Shown piece by piece: positions 45,689 to 64,000 of a stretch of 64,000 nt of DNA. The translations under genes and the position numbers were made by a program. Within the stretch, counting starts at the first letter, position 1. Each line of letters starts with the position of its first letter. Location: the NCBI GenBank assembly GCA_963693365.1, contig CAVNZM010000010.1, positions 2,604,001-2,668,000 on the forward strand, written 5' to 3'. Under the pieces are notes generated by a model. It made no database searches. It saw only the letters and a list, made by a program, of their open reading frames with translations, and had not been told where the DNA came from. Source of the stretch: Amoebidium appalachense (lineage: Eukaryota; Protista; Ichthyosporea).

Positions 45689-47070
45689 AGTTGCACATAG
45701 TGCACAATCGTGCGTAACCAAAACAATGCTAGCTTCTGCTTATCCATAATCTATACTAGGGTTGTTTTATTGCATACAGTGTACATAAGTCACTAGCTGC
45801 ATTTGATTGGCTGCGCTGGAAAACGCAGTAGGCCGTCAAGTGAGGCTGGGCCCCTGACTGCCTGACGATGTCCGCAGCAATACAAAGTGCATAAACCTCC
45901 CAGCTAACGAAACTGGACGAAGATTCACGTACGTACTCCTTGGCTATACGCGTATGCAAAAGGGGCAAAAGAACCCATATTAGGTTCATATAGACGTTAA
46001 TGCAAAACTGTAATGTTTAAACTTTCTCGTACTACATATCTACAGCATGCATGTTATGCAGCGATGCATGGCATTGTACGTTCCGCCGAACAGGTGCACT
46101 GTGGCCCACAGCTGGCGGCCCGTGCTCACTCGTGCCGAGCATTCTGAACAGAATTCCGAACATTCCTGAGAACAGGTGCGAAATTAATATTAGCAGCCAC
46201 GTGGATATAATAAGTTTTTCCCTGCCTGGATCCATGGATGGACAGATGGCCCTAACAGAGCCACCAACCGTTTTACAGAGCAATTTGTTTATAGCTGTAG
46301 CTATATAAGGGTCACTGCAAAAAAAAAAAAAAAAATAAGGAACAATTTCCGAGGTTTCAGGTACTTGTGGCCGTATCCAAACCCCTAGCAGATTTCACAC
46401 CATGGGTTGTCACACTGTGACACACGCACACAGTCAATGGGCAGTAGGAAAATAAAATTACATGACAGCAGCAAAAATAGCAGTTGAACGTCGAAGAGTA
46501 TTATCAATGCATGCCTGTATGATACAATGTGTACCTTACATAGCCTACTGTAAAATTCTGTACTTGGGCTGTACTTATCATACAATAGCCGCACCCGCAC
46601 CCCACGTATATTCGTTGTTGTCACGTTCGAATTCCTCGAAAACCAACCGGTTGTGATTTGAGAAGATTGCTTTGCGCAAGATTTACGCAGGATTCCCCAG
46701 GCCCACTTTGCATGCCCCGCCTCGCGACCACTGGCAACTGCCGGCTGCGCAGCATGCATGCTGACAGCTGAGCTACACAGTACATAGTGTGCAGCTTTCA
46801 TTTCTTGTGTGGATGCCCCATCAACGCATTCTCTAAGTTAGTTCTACCGCTGTACCTTCTTTACGTCGCCACCCCATACTTTGGCGTTTCCACATATATT
46901 CCTTTGGTGACGTCTGCTTTGGCCGCACATTAAACCCGATTCAAGGCTGTAAGAAAGGAGCGGAACACTTATCCTAGGGCCAGTAGGGCACGAGCGGGGT
47001 GTGCTGTTGGTGCTAAGATAGACTATTCATAGTGCTGGAGTCACGAGGGGGTTCTCAGTAACATTTCAAC

Positions 47071-47709
47071 ATGTCGAAGGCACTGTCTCTTAAGATGATT
47101 AAAGAGATATCCATCTCGTTTAATCCCTTCCAGAAAGCAAGCACATCAACAAAGTACGTCCATCTCCCCCCCCCCCCCCCCCCCCCCCCCTTAATTACAC
47201 CATTACCAAAGAAGTTTCGTTTTTTCTCTCTGTCCTCTCCCATGGCCCCTTTTCCACCCTGAAAAGCGCAGACGCAGCACCCACACACACACATACACAA
47301 TACACATCATCCTCACCAACGACTCACCACCACCCTCACTCCCACTGACGCCACTCTCTCATTTAGCGCAGATTCGTCTGTGCATAGAGCACGAACATCT
47401 GGCACTTAATATAAATATAAATTACCCTCCCCTCTTGCCTTTGCAACCCTGCTCGTCTTTGATCAAAAGACGGGTTGACCCTCCCAAGTTCAGTTGATGC
47501 TGCTGTCTGAGTTGGATCGTCGTATATACGCGGGCTAAGGGGTCGAAACTCGGACGCATGATGACTCGGGCCCTCCCTGAGGATGGGCTCTGCTGCTGAT
47601 GCATACTGTGCGCATGGCTGATGTTGCATACTTGAATGTTTGCCTTTGCACGTGTCCTGCACCATGCTTCTCGTCGTGTATGCGTACTTCCGCACCGTGT
47701 TCCGCATCC

Positions 47710-47757
<48 letters not shown>

Positions 47758-48415
47758 CACACACACTCACCGAACCACCCAGTATACCTTGGTGTGGCCA
47801 CACTCACACTCATTGAACCAGCAGAACGAACAAATAACCAATGCACACAAACACACATAGACACCCCCTGGTCCTATAAGCAGACCCATGTTTACGTGTA
47901 GGCGCCTTTGCCCATCCACCCTACTGTCCACCCATCCAGAAGTCCTCCTCGTCTCTAACTGTTTATGGATCCTCCCCCCCTCCCCCCCTCTCCCCAACAC
48001 ACACACACACACGGCCGTATTGAGATGTTCTTTAGCTGTGTTCTGCAGTAACCCCCTCCCCCCCCCCCCCCCCCCCCCCCCTCTCTCTCTCCCTTCCCTT
48101 CCTTGGTGGTCCTTCCTTGCCTTCTTTAGGGCACGATCGTAACGGTGCTCTTAGTTCAATGTTCTTTGGCCGTCTGATGTGTCGGTTCCCATTGGTTGTA
48201 GTTTTGTGATTTGCAGTCAGTTCTGCTCCGAATTCGCCTTCCCCACGCCTCTCATGCCTGCCCTCCCTTCCCCCCCCCCCTCCCCCCCTCCCCCTCACCC
48301 CGAGGGGGTCCTAACACTTGAGTGCTTGTTCTTGGTCGAGAGAATGCTTTCTGGATTCCTGCCTCCCTCCCCCCCCCCCCCCCCCCCCCCTCCCCTCCGG
48401 CGCCCCCACCACCAC

Positions 48416-48473
<58 letters not shown>

Positions 48474-48861
48474 CTGTCAGTCCTTATATACATATACTCA
48501 CTCGATTGCCTTTGCACTTCTGCTTAACAATGAGTTGGCTAGGACGGGTTGATCGTTATTTTCAAGCATGGGGTGGGTTGGTTATTGCAGACGCCACAAA
48601 ATCAGCACAACCTCTTCCCCTCGCCTTTTCCCTGCCCGGTGTCTTACCTCCTTTTTTTTTCCACCAGGGATTTTGTCACACGATTGACCTCTCCACGGCT
48701 TTTGGCATCGAATGAAAAGTTTGTTGTGAACACAAAGATCACGACCGGCCCCGAGCCACCAACAATAGACGTGACATTTAGTAAGTGTCGTTGTTTGTTG
48801 GGCTGTGGTGATGGGGTGTAGGAATAGGGCAACAAATCACGCCTGGGGCCCCTTCACACAC

Positions 48862-48908
<47 letters not shown>

Positions 48909-49165
48909 CAGCTTCCTCCGGTTCCCTTAACCGCTTTTTCACTTTCTTGTGTCAGGTGGTAGTGCCGTATGGGGAGAGGGGTGGGATAGTGTGCGGGTGT
49001 GCGTGTCGGTGTGGGTATGCGTGTGCGTGTGCGTGTGCGTGTGCGTGTGCGTGTGCGTGTCAGCGCGTGCACGCATGCGTGTGTGTGGTGGCGGTGGTGG
49101 CGGAATAGGGATAGGCGGGTGTGTGTGTGCGTGTGTGTGTGTGTGTGGGAAGGAGGGGGGAGGAA

Positions 49166-49198
<33 letters not shown>

Positions 49199-49569
49199 AG
49201 AAACAAATGTGAAAGCGGATGACCATACATGCCGTCGAAGATAGGATCGAGGCAGTATTTCCACCCTCCCACCACCACCACAACTTTGAATCACACACAA
49301 TACAGGCAAAACCGACAATCTATTCCTTCCTCCTTGGTTTGGCCCTTATTTCTTTCCACGAGTGTGACAGAAAATGGGTGGGGGAATCGGAGGTGAGAGG
49401 CTGAGCGCATCTAATTAGGATAAAGTGAAAAAGGTTAGCCCATCGTTAGGGAGCATGGCAATTTGTGTGGTTGGTGATCTGGGAGATGGGGGTCAATATT
49501 GACACAAGTACTCTCGTGGGTGTGTCAAAAAAATGCATCTCGGTGTTGCACTGCCTGTCTTTCTAGCCT

Positions 49570-49616
<47 letters not shown>

Positions 49617-49710
49617 ACCACACACGCAAACCACAGCGCAACAAATCGCATACACACACATGCACACGCGCAAACCGCAACACATCACAACACACACACA
49701 CACAAAAACA

Positions 49711-49752
<42 letters not shown>

Positions 49753-49921
49753 CACACACACAAACACACGTACACGTGAGGTGCTGACTGTGTGTTGTGC
49801 AGTGGACGGCAGCAAGGCCAGCATCCGGCCACGAGGCATGCCGACCACGGCCATCATGGGGGCCATTGCAGGCCGCACATACAAGATGGAGCTGGACGCC
49901 CTGCGCAGCAGAAAGGACTGA
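47071..49921 (+). CDS. MRPL53: Mitochondrial large-subunit ribosomal protein mL53 (MRPL53 / yeast Mrpl44-like), 104 aa, 3 exons
   Basis: Exons 47071-47153, 48668-48780 and 49803-49921 splice in phase to MSKALSLKMIKEISISFNPFQKASTSTKDFVTRLTSPRLLASNEKFVVNTKITTGPEPPTIDVTFMDGSKASIRPRGMPTTAIMGAIAGRTYKMELDALRSRKD. The FxPF...S.(R/K).F and P.(I/V).V.F.DG pattern and the size fit mL53. Confidence 0.85.
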
Positions 49922-50340
49922 GCACGCACGTGTGTGTGTGGTGCTGTGTGCCTGCGTGTGCATGCACGTGTGTCTGGTGCTGTGTGCCTGTGTGTGCATG
50001 CACGTGTGTGTTTAGTGCTACTTGGGTGGTGCTGTGTGCCTGTGTGTATGCTTCTGTGCATTAGGGTACTAGGTGTGGCAAAAGCGGTATATGCATGAAG
50101 CACGGAACAAGACGAGCATGTTTATTTGAGTTTTAACTATGGGGTTTAGGAATTGCGGTTCCGGTTGTTGGTCAACCCGGATGTACAGCTACTTATGATT
50201 AAACGGTGCCAAAGGCAATGGCGTGAGCTAATCATATAAAAACACTTGACTGGTTACACATCTACATAGCTATACGTACATGTGCTTGCATGTGCTTGCA
50301 TGCCCGGTCTGAGCACAGGTGTGAAGCATGACCATGTGTG

Positions 50341-50401
<61 letters not shown>

Positions 50402-50729
50402 TGTGGTGTGTGGGTGTGTGTGTGGGTGTGTAGTGAGATGTACAGTATGGGTGTAGTGCAGGTGTGTGCCTGTGGTGGGTATATCGGCTGTGTGCACATG
50501 TGCGGTGTGTGCGTGTGTATGTGTGTGTGGTGATGTGAGCGCATTGCGACCGTGCATGATGATGGTATAGAAGAAAGGGTATGTAGGTGCACATCCTAAC
50601 ATGCATATATGAATGGTTTGTGTGTGCACGTGTGATTGGTGCAGGCACATGTACAGCGCCCTTGAACGTATATTTTAGCCAACATCCATTCCTGCATGCA
50701 TTCATGCCATGATACATTCCACTGTCACA

Positions 50730-62721
<11,992 letters not shown>

Positions 62722-64000
62722 CTGCACAGAAAAACTGCTCAGACACTAGGACCTTGCATTTGCAAAAGAAGAAAAAAAAAAGCATCTCCCCTCTACACTT
62801 ACTAATTCATTTCCTGCTCTTTTCTCTCTATCTTGCCTCCGGCCCCTTCCCCCTTTCCATCACCCTAGACTTCTTTGTCCCTGTTTCCACACCTCCGGAG
62901 CCCATTAGTCCCTTGAATCTGACCTCCTCCCTCCTCAACCCCCCCCCCCCCCCTTCCCAACTCCTCCAAACCAAAAAGGGACAACAAAAAAGAGAAAAGA
63001 AAAGAAGAAAAAAGAAAAAGACGAGCATGGAACTACCAGTTCCCTCCTCTAGTGAAGTTCTGCAGCCTTGCTCCTGTATCTAGGACATACGCCTTCCTTC
63101 ACAAAATAGGCCCATGCCTTCCCCCCCCCCCCCCCCCCGGGCATCCATACTACCTCCCTTGCCCCCCACACCTTCATTCATTGCCCGCCAACATACGGGC
63201 ACATAAATCCCACATCCACAAGCATCCAATACAGATGCAGACAAAAGTACACGTGAAAACAAACACACACAGGCCTTTACACCCTCCCCCCCCCCCTCCC
63301 TCCCCGGTCCAAACCCCATCCCTCCTTCCCCCAGACCATTCACATACCCTTACATCTTACGAAATACCTGCATGGTCATTGCAGCCCCCCCCCACCCCAC
63401 CCCACACGCATAACCCACACAAACAGGTGGGAAGTGGCCCTGTATGCTCAAGAATGACCAGCAACCCCAGTCTTCCTTTCAAACACTTGTGCCCTAACCC
63501 CATCCACCCATGCGGCCAGTAACGAATGCAAACAACACCTGAGCTTGACTTAGAAGTCATCCTTTACACCACTTTCCCTTCCCGTTCTCTCCCACAGGTC
63601 CTACATATGGCAATCCACCTTCCTAACTTTCCCGACTCCCCCTCAAGAATCAACCAAGCTCAACCGTGAGGCCCGTCACAACACACAAGCTGGACCCCCC
63701 CCCCCCCCCCCCCCTCCTCCCCCCCCCTCCCCCTACACACCCCCTCCCTCCTCCTCCTCCCTCCCCCTGCCGTCCCCTCCCTTTCGTGTACAACAGTGCA
63801 TTTCATGTCAGTTGTTAAGCCCTTTAGGCTTATACATTTCAAACGCAGACCAGTGCCTCCCTATTCCATAGTAAGCACAACATCCTGGCCAAACGAACGA
63901 AAATGAACAGCGCCGCCAATCCCTCGTGCACAACCCATATGAAAGTAAACAACCAGACAACATGATCAGAGACCAGCAAGGACATGAGCCAGAGGACAAC

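Overview
This is eukaryotic genomic DNA with spliceosomal introns (CTRAY branch points) and very dense (CA)n/(TG)n microsatellites and poly-G/poly-C tracts. The style suggests a unicellular holozoan or similar protist, but that is inference. Most entries in the ORF track are translations of simple repeats. Supported content, left to right: (1) the 3' part of a multi-exon membrane-protein gene (+, to 4806); (2) a nested transposon cluster (~8-22.5 kb) containing a young Ty3/Gypsy chromovirus (10140-17189, -; near-identical LTRs, 5-bp TSD GCTAC, no recognisable gag) inserted into a Dada/MULE-like transposase remnant, next to a 5'-truncated LINE with a poly(A) tail; (3) two 7-exon paralogues in tail-to-tail orientation (25032-32755 +, 37010-42395 -) encoding type-I membrane proteins with a signal peptide, a beta-helix-like N-terminus, a ZP-N/FRAS1-FREM-like region, a polybasic furin-type site and one TM helix; (4) a non-autonomous hAT element (43303-45688; 12-bp TIRs, 8-bp TSD); (5) a 3-exon mitoribosomal mL53 gene; (6) a long minus-strand ubinuclein (HIRA-complex) gene that appears to carry ankyrin repeats between its HUN and middle domains and has several intronic minisatellites. 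The two best leads are the ubinuclein-ankyrin architecture and the ZP/FRAS1-like surface-protein pair. All gene models were spliced by eye. Several frameshifts sit in homopolymer runs and may be assembly errors.
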